64,000 bases of DNA from Candidatus Aminicenantes bacterium (GCA_035403085.1 DAONEM010000005.1:14515-78514); one strand, 5' to 3'. Positions 1 to 9,922 are shown, counted from the first letter of the stretch. A program made the numbers and translations. The notes: a model not told the origin generated them from the sequence alone.

Positions 1-123
1 AGGTTCATCGGGTAAAAGGGAACCTTGTCGGCAGGGTGGAGAAGTGACGGCATGAGAGAGAGAAGAGCCAGTAAAGCGCCTCTCAGGCTCTGTCTCCCTT
101 GAAAGAAAGGTACCATTGAGGGG

Positions 124-633
124 TTACTCTTTCACGACTTCCCCGATGTAGGGGAGGTTCCTGAACTTTCCCTGGTAGTCCATTCCGAAACCGACCCAAT
201 AGGCCGTGTCCTTCGAGGAGAAGGCGTGAGCGTCGGGTTTTAAGAGAGCGTTCTCCTTCAGGACCATGGTGGCCGTAAGAAGTTGTGAGGGCTTGTGCCT
301 CTTCACTTCGGAGGAGACCTTAATGAGGGTTTCCCCGGATTTGATCAAATCGTCGACAACGACTACCACCTTTCCTTGAATCGCTTTAGGAGAGGGAAAA
401 TCCACGATGAGGATGTTTTTCTTCTCATCCTTCTTGACCATGGCGAACTCGACCTCGGCGTTGATGCCGAGTTTGTTCAACGAGCGCATGAGCTCTTGAA
501 TAAAGAAAATGCCCCCTCTGAGTATTCCGACCAGGGTAACCTCAGAAGAGGTGATCTTCTTCTTCAGCTCCTCGGCCATGGCGGAAATATTTGTCTTCAA
601 CTCCTCTTCGGTGACAATCTTTCTTACTTTCAT
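124..633 (-). CDS. hpt: hypoxanthine phosphoribosyltransferase
   Basis: PRTase PRPP-binding motif VVVVDDLIKSGETL; ~170 aa from the internal Met (MKVRKIV, cat at 631-633). The upstream ORF extension is probably not translated. Confidence 0.85.
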   Translation of the reverse strand: MKVRKIVTEEELKTNISAMAEELKKKITSSEVTLVGILRGGIFFIQELMRSLNKLGINAEVEFAMVKKDEKKNILIVDFPSPKAIQGKVVVVVDDLIKSGETLIKVSSEVKRHKPSQLLTATMVLKENALLKPDAHAFSSKDTAYWVGFGMDYQGKFRNLPYIGEVVKE

Positions 634-778
634 CGTACCATTCCTATTCGTTATCGTTTTCGCAACCGCAATGGCTAGGCGCCTTGGAAGGATCTCCAAG
701 AGAGCCGTCCCCATCTATCTTAATCATAGAACGGTTGTCAGGAAAGAGCAAGAGCTTTTTCCCAGGGCAGAGTATTTT

Positions 779-1387
779 TCACTCCCGGGCCCTCATCCAC
801 CGGGAATCCATGAAGAGGGGTCTACCGATGTCGATGTGGCCGGCAAGAGTCTCGCACTCCTTCCCGTCCAGGAGGATCTGAACGCCTTGAAGGGCGGAAA
901 AATTGTAGAGAACCGTGTCAACGATCGTGTAAACCGTAAGTATCTCCTGGGTGCTGCCGCCGTTGATCTTATCCCGAAGGGCGCTGTTCACGTCGATGAC
1001 GACAACGTTGTTCACGAGGAAGATCTCGTTGAGGCGGATCTTCTCTGAGAAGGGGTTCACCAAAGGAGGGGATCCTTCGCCGGGCCCCTGAAGAAGTGTC
1101 ACGACCACCTCCCTTACCTGGGCCTTCAACTCGTTGAACTTGGCGACTTCGATCCTCCTGGGGAGAAGATAATCGCCGGAGTAAGAGGGGAAGAAGAAAT
1201 CATAGGTGATCTTCTCTGTCGAAACGGGACGGGTCTCTTCGGTGGAGGCGTAGATGGAACCCCCTTTCTGCTCTTCCCGGTCGTTGCCGAGCCAGATTCT
1301 GGCCAGGAGGATTCCGACGATGAAGGAGACACAGACAGCGCCGCCTAGAAGGATAAAGAGCTTCTGCTTACCTGTGAGGGGTGTCAT
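779..1387 (-). CDS. GerMN-domain (spore germination GerM-like) envelope protein
   Basis: N-terminal TM/signal segment plus GerMN-like region (YDFFFPS..., VVVIDVN...DKINGGSTQE). Overlaps amiC start by 4 nt. Confidence 0.55.
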   Translation of the reverse strand: MTPLTGKQKLFILLGGAVCVSFIVGILLARIWLGNDREEQKGGSIYASTEETRPVSTEKITYDFFFPSYSGDYLLPRRIEVAKFNELKAQVREVVVTLLQGPGEGSPPLVNPFSEKIRLNEIFLVNNVVVIDVNSALRDKINGGSTQEILTVYTIVDTVLYNFSALQGVQILLDGKECETLAGHIDIGRPLFMDSRWMRARE

Positions 1388-2574
1388 CTACCGTTTGCCC
1401 TTAGCTCGCCGTAACGCTTGATACCGAGAAAGATGGCATAAGCGATCTTTCTCTGGAATTCGTCGTTTTTCAGCATCTGGCTCTCTTGCCCGTTGGAGAG
1501 GAAAGCCGTTTCAACGAGGACCGCCGGCATGGCGACGTTCATTAAGACCCTGAAGGGGGCCTGTTTGATTCCGCGATCCTTTGTCCCCAAGAGGATGTTC
1601 AGCTCTTTCTGAACGAGCTCAGCGAGAGAGGCGCTCTCTTTGAGGTATTCGACCTGGGCCATGTCCCAAAGAATCATCTTCAGGTCATCGTTCTCAACGG
1701 CAGGAGCCTGCTTTCTCTCGTCCTCTTCCTCGAAGGTGTTCTCGAAGAAAGCCAGTTTTCTCGCCTCCGTGTCGGTGGATTTCAGGCTGAGAATGAAGGT
1801 CTCCGATCCGTGGGCCTCTTTACTCCAGGAGGCGTTGCAGTGAAGGGAGACGAAGAGATCCGCCTTGCGGTTATTGGCCAGAGCCGCCCTCTCCTCCAAG
1901 GAGACCGTGGAGTCCCCGTCACGGGTCAGGAAGACGCGGATACCCAGTTGATCTTCGATAAACCTCTTCAAAATTTTGGCGATGGCCAGTGTGACGTCCT
2001 TCTCGTTGGTTCCTCCTGGGGCGATGGCCCCTGTCTCACTCCCGCCGTGGCCTGGATCGAGAACGATTCTCTCCAAGGGTTTTCCGGAGGGTAGAGGGCT
2101 GTCTTGACGGGAGGAGACTCCGGAAGGGGGAGTCGAAGCGGGGATGGACGGCGGAAGGGCCTTCTCTTCCATCGGCGGCGCCACCAGAGGGGGATTCACC
2201 TCTGAGGCGGCCTTGACCTCGGGGTCGTAAAGGTCCAGAACGACACGAAAGGGGTTCTTAAGGATAAAACTCTTCGTTTTCATGGGTGTCGTGGGTTTAA
2301 GGCGGAGAACGACTCCGCCTTTTCCCCTCTGGACGCGTTCGAGAGAGACTCTCTGGGAGGGGAGCCTCTTCTCTCCATCCCATTGGATCGCCTTGCCTTT
2401 GAGCTTAAGGAGAAGGTACCCTTGACTCTTCTCCAAGGTATACTCCATGGGGTTGTTGGATTCCACGACGACCCGTGTATAGGTGGGGTGGTCGTAGGTT
2501 CGGACCGTCACCGCTCCCAAGGAAAGGGAGAGAAGCAGGACCAAGAGAGAAGAGAAAAAGAGCCTCGCGTTCAT
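1384..2574 (-). CDS. amiC: N-acetylmuramoyl-L-alanine amidase (AMIN + Amidase_3)
   Basis: Signal peptide, then AMIN-like N-domain, then Amidase_3 core (DPGHGG..., ...VSLHCNA, ...MPAVLVETAFLSN). Confidence 0.85.
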   Translation of the reverse strand: MNARLFFSSLLVLLLSLSLGAVTVRTYDHPTYTRVVVESNNPMEYTLEKSQGYLLLKLKGKAIQWDGEKRLPSQRVSLERVQRGKGGVVLRLKPTTPMKTKSFILKNPFRVVLDLYDPEVKAASEVNPPLVAPPMEEKALPPSIPASTPPSGVSSRQDSPLPSGKPLERIVLDPGHGGSETGAIAPGGTNEKDVTLAIAKILKRFIEDQLGIRVFLTRDGDSTVSLEERAALANNRKADLFVSLHCNASWSKEAHGSETFILSLKSTDTEARKLAFFENTFEEEDERKQAPAVENDDLKMILWDMAQVEYLKESASLAELVQKELNILLGTKDRGIKQAPFRVLMNVAMPAVLVETAFLSNGQESQMLKNDEFQRKIAYAIFLGIKRYGELRANGR

Positions 2575-2725
2575 CGAACTCTCCTTTAAAGAAGTTTATA
2601 CCACATTTTTCCCATAGGGCAAAGAAGCCCTTGGAAGCAAGGGAGAAAAAGAAAGATCTTACTCTCTTGACAAAGGGTTTCGGGGGGATCATTCTTGAAA
2701 AAAGCAGGAGCCGAGAAGAAGAACT

Positions 2726-3181
2726 GTGCCTCTCGAAGAGGAGTTGGATTTGCATGGCATGAGCGTTGAAGAGGCCCTGTCAGCCTTCCGTTCTGCCTAT
2801 GCCCGTTCTGTGGCCTGGGGGTGTCGCTCCTTGAGGGTGATCCACGGTTACGGAGCTTCCGGAGAGGGTGGGACCATCAAGAAGCGGATTCGTGGTCTTT
2901 TGGAAAAGTACCCAGACCTTGTTCGCTACACCCCAGGGGAGAGTTACGGGAACCCCGGAGAGAGTGTGATCTATCCCTTACGGGCCTTGCCCGATGTGGA
3001 AGGGGATCTGCGGGGCGAGATCCTCCGCTACTGCCTCTCCCCCAAGAGCCAAGGGAAAATCGTGGGTCGCTTTCGCCGCTACAAAGACCCGGAGATCCGC
3101 AGACTTCTACAGGAACTTCAAGGGGAAGGGCTCTTGAAAATCGTTTTTAAGAGCGGCATCCGCCATTACCAGAGCCGTTGA
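2726..3181 (+). CDS. Smr domain-containing protein
   Basis: LDLHGMSVEEAL motif typical of Smr/MutS2 C-terminal domain; 151 aa. Confidence 0.7.
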   Translation: MPLEEELDLHGMSVEEALSAFRSAYARSVAWGCRSLRVIHGYGASGEGGTIKKRIRGLLEKYPDLVRYTPGESYGNPGESVIYPLRALPDVEGDLRGEILRYCLSPKSQGKIVGRFRRYKDPEIRRLLQELQGEGLLKIVFKSGIRHYQSR

Positions 3182-4411
3182 CTACCCCCGGCGACGAAGG
3201 TTGAAGAGTCGGCAGAACCCTTCGACTCTCTTCTCCTGGTCTCCGGGAACAACAACGATGTGGTTGCCCAGAGGATTTTCGAAGAAGTAGTCCAGAGAGC
3301 GGTTCAGCCGAAGGTTTATCCGAGTTCGGCAGAGGTTGGGGTCCGGCTGTGAATCTAAAAGCTCTCCGGAGGCAAGAAAGAATTCGTCCATTCTCGGGCC
3401 TCCCACTCTGAGGAGAGTCACTGGACCTGGGAGAAAGCTCCCTCCCAAGGCGGCTCCGATCTTTGTTTCGAAGTGGCTCTGCAACCTGTAGCCCTCGACG
3501 ATCTTCGTGGGAACCGTACAGTGGGCAAGGACGATCCGGTTGCCCTCCCTCTCGAGAAGTGAGGGGTTGGCCATGAAGGAGGGGACTCCCGAGAGGCATT
3601 CGAGCAAAACCATGGAGAAGAGGGAGGAGAGATCTCCTTCACAGCCACAGGTCAGCCCTCGGTCGTTAAGAAGAGAGAAGGCGGTGCAACCGGTGGTTGC
3701 CAGACTCTCTATGAGGCCGAAGCAGCGGACCGTGAGGGCCTTGAGAGCGTAGCGTTTGAAGAGCTCTTCCAGGGCCGGAAGAAGCCTACAGGCCTTTTCG
3801 AGTTCATTCCTTCCGATCTCACTGGACCGGGAGCCCTTCCAGAGGGAGTCGGCCTCTTCTTTGCCCGCCGAAGGGGGAAGGGCCTGGTAGAGTTCCTCCA
3901 ACTCCTCCATAGGGATCTCCACAACCTCGGATCCCCATTTTCTGCGAAGAAGCCCGTAATCGCACTCGCCGGCGATAAGCCACTCCGAGGGTCCTCCGAC
4001 GGTTCCGAAGGGGCCTTTGAGGCGTACTCGGGCGAGGTGGTAGAGATAATGTTCCCGAAGGCGCCATTGTAGAGACTCCGAAGATCCGTGGAGAAGCTCG
4101 GCGTGTCCTCCCTGTCCCTTGACCCAGGAGAGAATCTCGAGGGCCGCCGCGAGGGAGTTGTCACGGCCGTCCGCCAGGAGAAGAACGGGGCGTGTGAGGG
4201 CCTCTTCGGCATGAACACGAAAAACTCCCTCGGAGCCACCCGAAAGGATCAAGTCTACGAGGAAAGCCTCCTCGGGAACCTCGTCGGTGGGGGAGAGCCT
4301 CTCCACTTGGAAAGAGTCTGACAGAAAGCCTTCTGCTTGGGAGAGCTTCGCTTCCAGGTGGTGGGCGTCGTGGAGAGGAGAGGAGAAAGGCCGGAGATAG
4401 AGCTTCTTCAA
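3182..4411 (-). CDS. L-fucose/L-arabinose isomerase family protein (FucI/AraA-like)
   Basis: 409-aa ORF with weak similarity pattern to the short sugar-isomerase family. No signal peptide. Confidence 0.45.
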   Translation of the reverse strand: MKKLYLRPFSSPLHDAHHLEAKLSQAEGFLSDSFQVERLSPTDEVPEEAFLVDLILSGGSEGVFRVHAEEALTRPVLLLADGRDNSLAAALEILSWVKGQGGHAELLHGSSESLQWRLREHYLYHLARVRLKGPFGTVGGPSEWLIAGECDYGLLRRKWGSEVVEIPMEELEELYQALPPSAGKEEADSLWKGSRSSEIGRNELEKACRLLPALEELFKRYALKALTVRCFGLIESLATTGCTAFSLLNDRGLTCGCEGDLSSLFSMVLLECLSGVPSFMANPSLLEREGNRIVLAHCTVPTKIVEGYRLQSHFETKIGAALGGSFLPGPVTLLRVGGPRMDEFFLASGELLDSQPDPNLCRTRINLRLNRSLDYFFENPLGNHIVVVPGDQEKRVEGFCRLFNLRRRG

Positions 4412-4450
4412 GGGGAACCTCCTTTCAGGGTGAGGACTAGGATCTGGATT

Positions 4451-6157
4451 TCACTTTGCCGAAGGGGCGGGGTGCCTCTCCTTGGCGGGGGGAGCCTGTA
4501 TCAACCGGTCGTAAACGATTCGACCCTGGATGATTGTAAAGTCCACTCTAGCCTTAAGAATCTCCGAAGGGGGAAGGAGAAAGAGGTTTCTGTCCAGGAC
4601 CACGATGTCGGCGTCGTATCCAGGGGCGAGGGTTCCCCGGCGATCCTCTTGGAAATCCGCATAGGCGGAGCCTTGGGTGTAGGCTTCGACGGCCTGTTGA
4701 AGGTTTAACCTTTCCGAAGGGCTCCAAGAGTTTCCACCCCTTCTCGGACAGCGGGCGACGGCGGCATAGAGGCCCTCGCGTGGGTCGAGAGGGGCGAAGG
4801 GCCAATCGGTTCCGAAGGCCAGGACGACGCCGGAGCGTCTCAGAGAGTTGTAACGGTAGCCATGGGAAATCCTTGCCCCTAAGCGCTTTTCCGCCCAGGG
4901 CATGTCCTCCAGGAGGTGAACCGGCTGAACCGAGGCCACCACTCCCAGCTTCTGGAAGCGGTGGAGCTCCTCGTTTCTCAGAATCTGAGCATGCTCGATC
5001 CGGTGCCTGGAGTCGGGTCTGGGAAAAAGGGTCTGGGCCCTTTCAATTGCGTCGAGGATCATCCTGTTCGCCCTGTCGCCGATAGCGTGGGCGGCAATCT
5101 GAAATCCGCCTCTGTGAATGGCCTCCACTAAGGGGTTGAGGGTGTTCTCCTCATGGATGGCCAACCCGGAAGTGGAAGGCGCATCCTTGTAGGGAGAGAA
5201 GAGCAGCGCCGTTCGGGCTCCCAAGGAACCGTCGACGAAGATCTTGATCGTGTGGGGTTTGAAATCTTCCTTCATGGGAGAGAAGAGAAGCTGCCTGTAG
5301 TGTTCCAGGGATGTGGCTCGGAGCCAGGGGTTGAAGCGGAGGGGAAAATCCCCGGTTCTGTTCATCTCCTCCAGGAGGGGGAGATCCTCTGTGGCTGTGA
5401 TATCCTGAACCGAGGTGATACCCAAGGAGACTGCGTAGAGGGCGGCCGCCTTGAAGGCCTCCCTTCGCTCCTGGAGCGTTGGAGGGGGGATGATCCGTGA
5501 GACCAGGGTGATCGCCTGATCCTTCAGAATCCCGGTGGGTTCTCCCGTCAAGGGATCCTTAACGATTTCGCCACCCTGGGGGTTGGGGGTGGAAGCGGTG
5601 ATCCCCGCCAACTGGAGGGCCAGCGAGTTGGCCAGGGCCATGTGGCCGTCCACCCGGTCCAGCAGGACAGGGTTCTTCTCCGTGAAGCCGTCGATGGCGC
5701 TTCGGTTCGGATAACTCTTGGAGGGCCACTTTTCGTGGTCCCACTGCCCCTGAAGAACCCATTTCCCCTGGGGAAGAGTCTTGACGAAGGCTTCCAAGAT
5801 CCGGGCGAACTCCTTCTCGCTCCTCGCCCCCCGGAGGTTAACGGAAGTGAGGGAGAACCCCCCATCCCTGAGATGGAGGTGGGAGTCGTTAAAGCCTGGA
5901 AGAAGAAGACGCCCTTTCAGGTTGACGACACGGTTCGCCCTCTTGAGAAAAGGGGCCACCCCTCTGGTGCTTCCCGCGTAGAGGACTCTCCCCCCCCCGA
6001 TGGCTATGGCCTTCGCCCAAGGTTGAGAACGGTTTCCGGTAAAGATGGTCCCGTTGTAGAAAATCAGATCCACCACGGGTTCCTCTTGGGGAGCTCCGGC
6101 ACCGAGGAAGAAAAAGAGCGGAATCGCGACCAAGGCTAAAATTTTAGCGAAGTTCAT
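4451..6157 (-). CDS. amidohydrolase family protein (Amidohydro_3), secreted
   Basis: N-terminal signal peptide; metal-dependent amidohydrolase motifs (FNDSHLHL, ...AAHAIGD..., ...FGTDWP). Confidence 0.75.
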   Translation of the reverse strand: MNFAKILALVAIPLFFFLGAGAPQEEPVVDLIFYNGTIFTGNRSQPWAKAIAIGGGRVLYAGSTRGVAPFLKRANRVVNLKGRLLLPGFNDSHLHLRDGGFSLTSVNLRGARSEKEFARILEAFVKTLPQGKWVLQGQWDHEKWPSKSYPNRSAIDGFTEKNPVLLDRVDGHMALANSLALQLAGITASTPNPQGGEIVKDPLTGEPTGILKDQAITLVSRIIPPPTLQERREAFKAAALYAVSLGITSVQDITATEDLPLLEEMNRTGDFPLRFNPWLRATSLEHYRQLLFSPMKEDFKPHTIKIFVDGSLGARTALLFSPYKDAPSTSGLAIHEENTLNPLVEAIHRGGFQIAAHAIGDRANRMILDAIERAQTLFPRPDSRHRIEHAQILRNEELHRFQKLGVVASVQPVHLLEDMPWAEKRLGARISHGYRYNSLRRSGVVLAFGTDWPFAPLDPREGLYAAVARCPRRGGNSWSPSERLNLQQAVEAYTQGSAYADFQEDRRGTLAPGYDADIVVLDRNLFLLPPSEILKARVDFTIIQGRIVYDRLIQAPPAKERHPAPSAK

Positions 6158-6165
6158 GGAAGAGT

Positions 6166-6489
6166 TCAGTTTGTGGGATTAGGTTGGGGGCGGAATCCGG
6201 CCTCTTTTGCCTTTTCGATGAGCCACATGCCGACGGAATGGGCGATGTCGGGTCGGAGAACGAGACCAACCTGGGATTCTCTCGTATACTCAGACAGAGG
6301 CGGGACCTCTTCCTGAACAGGCTGTCCCTCTTCGAGGACGAGATGGATCGGCTCAGGGAAAGAGCTCCGCTCGACAAAACACTCCACGATGATCTCTCCG
6401 GAAGGGGAGACCCCGCCCCAAGTTCCGGTAACCGGGACGAGCCGATAACCTTCGGCCTTAGTGAAAACAATCTTCAGCTCTCTTTTCAT
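6166..6489 (-). CDS. hypothetical protein
   Basis: 108-aa ORF from Met at MKRELK; no recognisable motif. Co-directional with the amidohydrolase. Confidence 0.35.
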   Translation of the reverse strand: MKRELKIVFTKAEGYRLVPVTGTWGGVSPSGEIIVECFVERSSFPEPIHLVLEEGQPVQEEVPPLSEYTRESQVGLVLRPDIAHSVGMWLIEKAKEAGFRPQPNPTN

Positions 6490-6628
6490 GATCTTCCTCC
6501 ACCGTACCATTGTTACTCGAACCCGCTTCCTTTGTCAACGGGAAGGGGTTCTCCCACTCTGGGAGGCGACGAAAAAGGCCCCTCTCCGTTGACCCCCTCC
6601 TCTTCCTCCTGGTATCCTCTCCAAGGAG

Positions 6629-7231
6629 GTGTCTATGGGAGAGGATACTGTTCGTTGCCCCTGGCCCGGGGTAGACCCCTTGTACAGGAAATACCACGAT
6701 GAAGAGTGGGGGGTTCCCCTCCACGATGACCTCAAGCTCTTCGAATTCCTGGTCCTCGAAGGGATGCAGGCGGGGCTCAGCTGGAGTACGGTTCTTCGGA
6801 AGCGGGAAAACTTCCGCCGGCTCTTCGCCGGTTTTGACCCCGAGAGGGTCGCCCTCTTCGATTCTCGAAGAATCGAGCTTCTTCTCCAAGACCCTTCGAT
6901 CATCAGAAACCGGCGCAAGGTCGAGGGCGCAGTAACGAACGCCAGGGCCTTCTTGAAGGTGAGCGAGGAGTTCGGCTCCTTCGACGAATACATCTGGCGT
7001 TTCGTCGACGGTCGGCCGCTGATCAACCGGTGGGAGAGCCTCTCTCAGCTTCCGACGACCTCCCCGGAGTCGATCCTTCTCAGCAAAGATCTTGTGGCCA
7101 GAGGCTTCAAGTTCGTCGGCCCCACGATCTGTTACGCCCATATGCAGGCGACGGGGATGGTCAACGACCACCTGGTCTCCTGTTACCGCTACAGGGAACT
7201 CCTCTGCGGCGAATGCCGTTCTGTGTTATAA
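6629..7231 (+). CDS. tag: DNA-3-methyladenine glycosylase I
   Basis: CPWPGVDPLYRKYHDEEWGVP zinc-binding N-terminus characteristic of Tag; 200 aa. TAA at 7229-7231. Confidence 0.9.
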   Translation: MSMGEDTVRCPWPGVDPLYRKYHDEEWGVPLHDDLKLFEFLVLEGMQAGLSWSTVLRKRENFRRLFAGFDPERVALFDSRRIELLLQDPSIIRNRRKVEGAVTNARAFLKVSEEFGSFDEYIWRFVDGRPLINRWESLSQLPTTSPESILLSKDLVARGFKFVGPTICYAHMQATGMVNDHLVSCYRYRELLCGECRSVL

Positions 7232-7238
7232 TTCCAAT

Positions 7239-7673
7239 ATGGTTGAGCAGATTCTTTACCGATCACTCGCTCCCGATGTGGACCTCTCTCTCCCCCTAGC
7301 CCTCTACGAAGAAGCAGGTTGGATCACCACTGCCGAGAAGGAGAGGGAGACCGTTTCGGCCATCCTGAAGGGGAGCCTCCTCTTTCTCGGTGCCTGGAAG
7401 GGGGAAAAGTTGATCGGTATGGGGCGGGCGATCTCCGACGGGGGAAGCGACGCCTACATTCAGGATGTCTTTGTCTCCGCCCCCTACAGGAACCGGGGAA
7501 TCGGTGCAGGGATCGTCAGCACCTTGGTTCAGAAGTTACGGGAGAGGGGAATCGGTTGGATCGGACTCATCGGCGTTCCCGGGACGGAACGCTTCTACCG
7601 GGAGCTCGGTTTCCGCCCTTTAGAAGGGCATATCCCGATGAGATGGGAGGGTGGTGTTGACGGAAAGCCTTGA
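7239..7673 (+). CDS. GNAT family N-acetyltransferase
   Basis: ATG at 7239 eight nt after the tag stop. Acetyl-CoA motif (YRNRGIGAGIV) and ...FYRELGF. Confidence 0.75.
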   Translation: MVEQILYRSLAPDVDLSLPLALYEEAGWITTAEKERETVSAILKGSLLFLGAWKGEKLIGMGRAISDGGSDAYIQDVFVSAPYRNRGIGAGIVSTLVQKLRERGIGWIGLIGVPGTERFYRELGFRPLEGHIPMRWEGGVDGKP

Positions 7674-8559
7674 GATAGGTTCGCTGAACCCTCTCCGCCT
7701 CCCGGACCGTTCTCTCCTGGAGGGGTACTTCTTCCGGTACCGGAAGGCCCACTGTGAGTATAACTTCTCCACCCTCTACACATGGGATGGAACCAACCGG
7801 TACCTCTGGAAGGTCTACAAGGGGAGGCTTCTTATCTACACCGTGAATTACGACACCCTCATCATGCCGGTGGGGGAGGACTTTTCGCCGAAAGAGCTCC
7901 GGGAGATCTCCGACGCTTTCCGCCTTCAGGGAAGCCGTGGGGGGTTCCTGCTGGCCGACAAGGAGTACGTTCAACAGCGTCAAGGTGAGCTTGAAGCCCT
8001 CTTCTCGCTTGAGGAGGATCGAGACAACGGCGACTACGTCTATCTGACTGAGGAGTTGGCGGAGCTCAAGGGAAGAAAGTTCCACGGGAAGAAGAACCTT
8101 CTCAACCAGTTCCTCAAGGAGTACCCGGACTACTCTTTTCGCCCGGCCACATCCGAAGACGGAGACCTTTGCGTGGCCCTCGCGGAAAAGTGGTGCCGGG
8201 TCAAGGTCTGTGATCGTCCGGACTTCGCCATGGAACTCTCGGCGGTGAAGCGTTCCTTCGATGCCTTCGACGGGATCGGCCTCGGGGGAGTCCTCCTCTT
8301 TGTCTCCGGAGTTCTGGTGGGCTTCTCCCTCTACAGTCGGCAAAGAGAGGACATGGTGACAGTCCACTTCGAGAAGGCGGACCCGGAAGTCAAAGGCAGC
8401 GCGCAGGGGATCAACTGGCTTACGGCGAAGCAGCTGAAGGGGCAATGCCTCTACCTGAACAGGGAGCAGGATATGGGGCTGGAGGGCCTCAGACAGGCAA
8501 AACTCTCCTATCACCCGCGCTTTCTCGTAGAGACCTACCGTCTCTCTCCCCGAGGTTGA
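7651..8559 (+). CDS. DUF2156 domain protein (MprF/LPG-synthase C-terminal-like)
   Basis: 302 aa. Pattern FSTLYTW... and ...KKNLLNQF... resembles free-standing aminoacyl-PG synthase C-domain homologues. Overlaps the GNAT gene by 23 nt. Confidence 0.55.
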   Translation: MVLTESLEIGSLNPLRLPDRSLLEGYFFRYRKAHCEYNFSTLYTWDGTNRYLWKVYKGRLLIYTVNYDTLIMPVGEDFSPKELREISDAFRLQGSRGGFLLADKEYVQQRQGELEALFSLEEDRDNGDYVYLTEELAELKGRKFHGKKNLLNQFLKEYPDYSFRPATSEDGDLCVALAEKWCRVKVCDRPDFAMELSAVKRSFDAFDGIGLGGVLLFVSGVLVGFSLYSRQREDMVTVHFEKADPEVKGSAQGINWLTAKQLKGQCLYLNREQDMGLEGLRQAKLSYHPRFLVETYRLSPRG

Positions 8560-8617
8560 AGGAACTTTTTCTCTCCTCTCTCCGTCTTTTAGTGTAGTTA
8601 TGAACAAGGAGGAGACC

Positions 8618-9049
8618 ATGAAAAGATTGTACCGGAGTCGGAAGAATAAAGTCATTGCCGGCGTTTGCGGAGGCGTGGCAGAATATTTCTCCGTAGACCC
8701 GACCCTCATTCGTTTGGCGGCGGTTCTCATCTTCTTCATGGGAGGAGCCTCTCTGATCGCCTACATCATCGGGTGGGCCTTGATGCCCGTCTCCTATGAC
8801 GGGGAAGAGGGCGTCGTGAACGGGGAGGTTGTCAACGTCGAGAGGAGCGGAACCTCTAACAACGGGAAGAACGGGACTCTGATCTTCGGCATCATCCTGG
8901 TCTCCCTGGGGTGCCTCTTCCTCCTGGACGAAATCTCTTTCTTTAACCCCTTCTACCGGTGGTTTTGGCACCACGGGTGGGAGATTGCCGTCTCCTTGAC
9001 CTTCGTGGGCGTCGGGGCGGGCCTGCTTCTCAAGTCGTCCCGGAAGTAG
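8618..9049 (+). CDS. PspC domain-containing membrane protein
   Basis: ATG at 8618 preceded by AAGGAGG. Motif VIAGVCGGVAEYFSVDPTLIRL; two TM segments. Confidence 0.7.
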   Translation: MKRLYRSRKNKVIAGVCGGVAEYFSVDPTLIRLAAVLIFFMGGASLIAYIIGWALMPVSYDGEEGVVNGEVVNVERSGTSNNGKNGTLIFGIILVSLGCLFLLDEISFFNPFYRWFWHHGWEIAVSLTFVGVGAGLLLKSSRK

Positions 9050-9314
9050 GCTCCTGCTCACGGTTGTCGCTCATCTCCCGGAGGAGGGAAGCCACCTCCT
9101 CCTTTCTCTCCTCCGGGACGAAGAGATCGAAGGTTCCCAGCCCATCCAGAGAGACACCGCAGAGAGAGCCGATCGCCTCCTGTTCGGCGAAGAAGGGGAT
9201 CCCTTCCGACTGAAGAAGGTTTTTCACGATCTCCCCTTCCGGTCCCTGAGGAAAGGAGGCTAACCATACGAAACCGGGAATCCTTGAACGGGTCCTGTCT
9301 CTCTTGAAGAACAC
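9030..9314 (-). CDS. DUF2007 domain-containing protein (putative signal-transducing protein)
   Basis: 94 aa; pattern ...ASF...LLQSEGIPFF...GTFDLFVPEE...EVASLL resembles DUF2007. Confidence 0.4.
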   Translation of the reverse strand: MFFKRDRTRSRIPGFVWLASFPQGPEGEIVKNLLQSEGIPFFAEQEAIGSLCGVSLDGLGTFDLFVPEERKEEVASLLREMSDNREQEPTSGTT

Positions 9315-9316
9315 TC

Positions 9317-9922
9317 TTATTCCCCTCCCCAGGAGAGGAAGTTGACGAGAACCTTCACCCCCTGCTCCTTCGAGGCTTCGGGGTGAAACTGGACTCCGAA
9401 GAAGGGGAGACCCTTCACCTGAAAGGACTCCAGGAGGCCTTCGGAACTGACAGCCAAGGGGACGAGCCTATCCGCCGCCGGAGTCGGGTCGACCCTCTCC
9501 GAGTGGTGTTCGAAGAAGGATGTTCCCTGAGAGATCCCTCTGAAGAGAGAGTTCCCGTCGAGGATGTCGATCCTCTCGTCCCCTCGGTGTAACCTCTCTT
9601 CCCGGTAGACGCGCGCCCCGAAAAAGTTGGCCAGGAGCTGATGGCCGTAACAAACCCCCAGGAGAGGAACCTTGACCTTGCCGAGAAATGCGATCAGCTC
9701 CGGAGCGTACTCCCTCTGGCCGACCATCTTCTCCGAGCCGGTGAGGATCACCGAACCGTAGCCCTCCGGGAAGGGTCCCGAGTCTTTACACTCCAGCAGT
9801 GTAGGGGTGACTCCCAGAGAGGCGGCGGCGGTTTCGAGCCAGGAGCGGTAAGGGGGGAGCGGCTCCTTCAGGATTGTCCCATCGTAACAATCCACTAGGA
9901 GCAGGGGAAAGAGGTTTTTCAT
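9317..9922 (-). CDS. class I glutamine amidotransferase (peptidase C26 / gamma-glutamyl hydrolase-like)
   Basis: Catalytic triad elements GVCYGHQLL and FHPE. Start at MKNLF (alternative Met four codons upstream at 9934). Confidence 0.75.
   Translation of the reverse strand: MKNLFPLLLVDCYDGTILKEPLPPYRSWLETAAASLGVTPTLLECKDSGPFPEGYGSVILTGSEKMVGQREYAPELIAFLGKVKVPLLGVCYGHQLLANFFGARVYREERLHRGDERIDILDGNSLFRGISQGTSFFEHHSERVDPTPAADRLVPLAVSSEGLLESFQVKGLPFFGVQFHPEASKEQGVKVLVNFLSWGGE

Noticed and set aside
634-714. 27-codon N-terminal extension of hpt
   Set aside because: HPRT homologues start near MKV...; the extension lacks an RBS and conservation.
4088-6139. Multiple 60-170-aa ORFs overlapping the amidohydrolase and isomerase genes
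   Set aside because: Embedded in or antisense to longer ORFs with clear family signatures; composition-driven.
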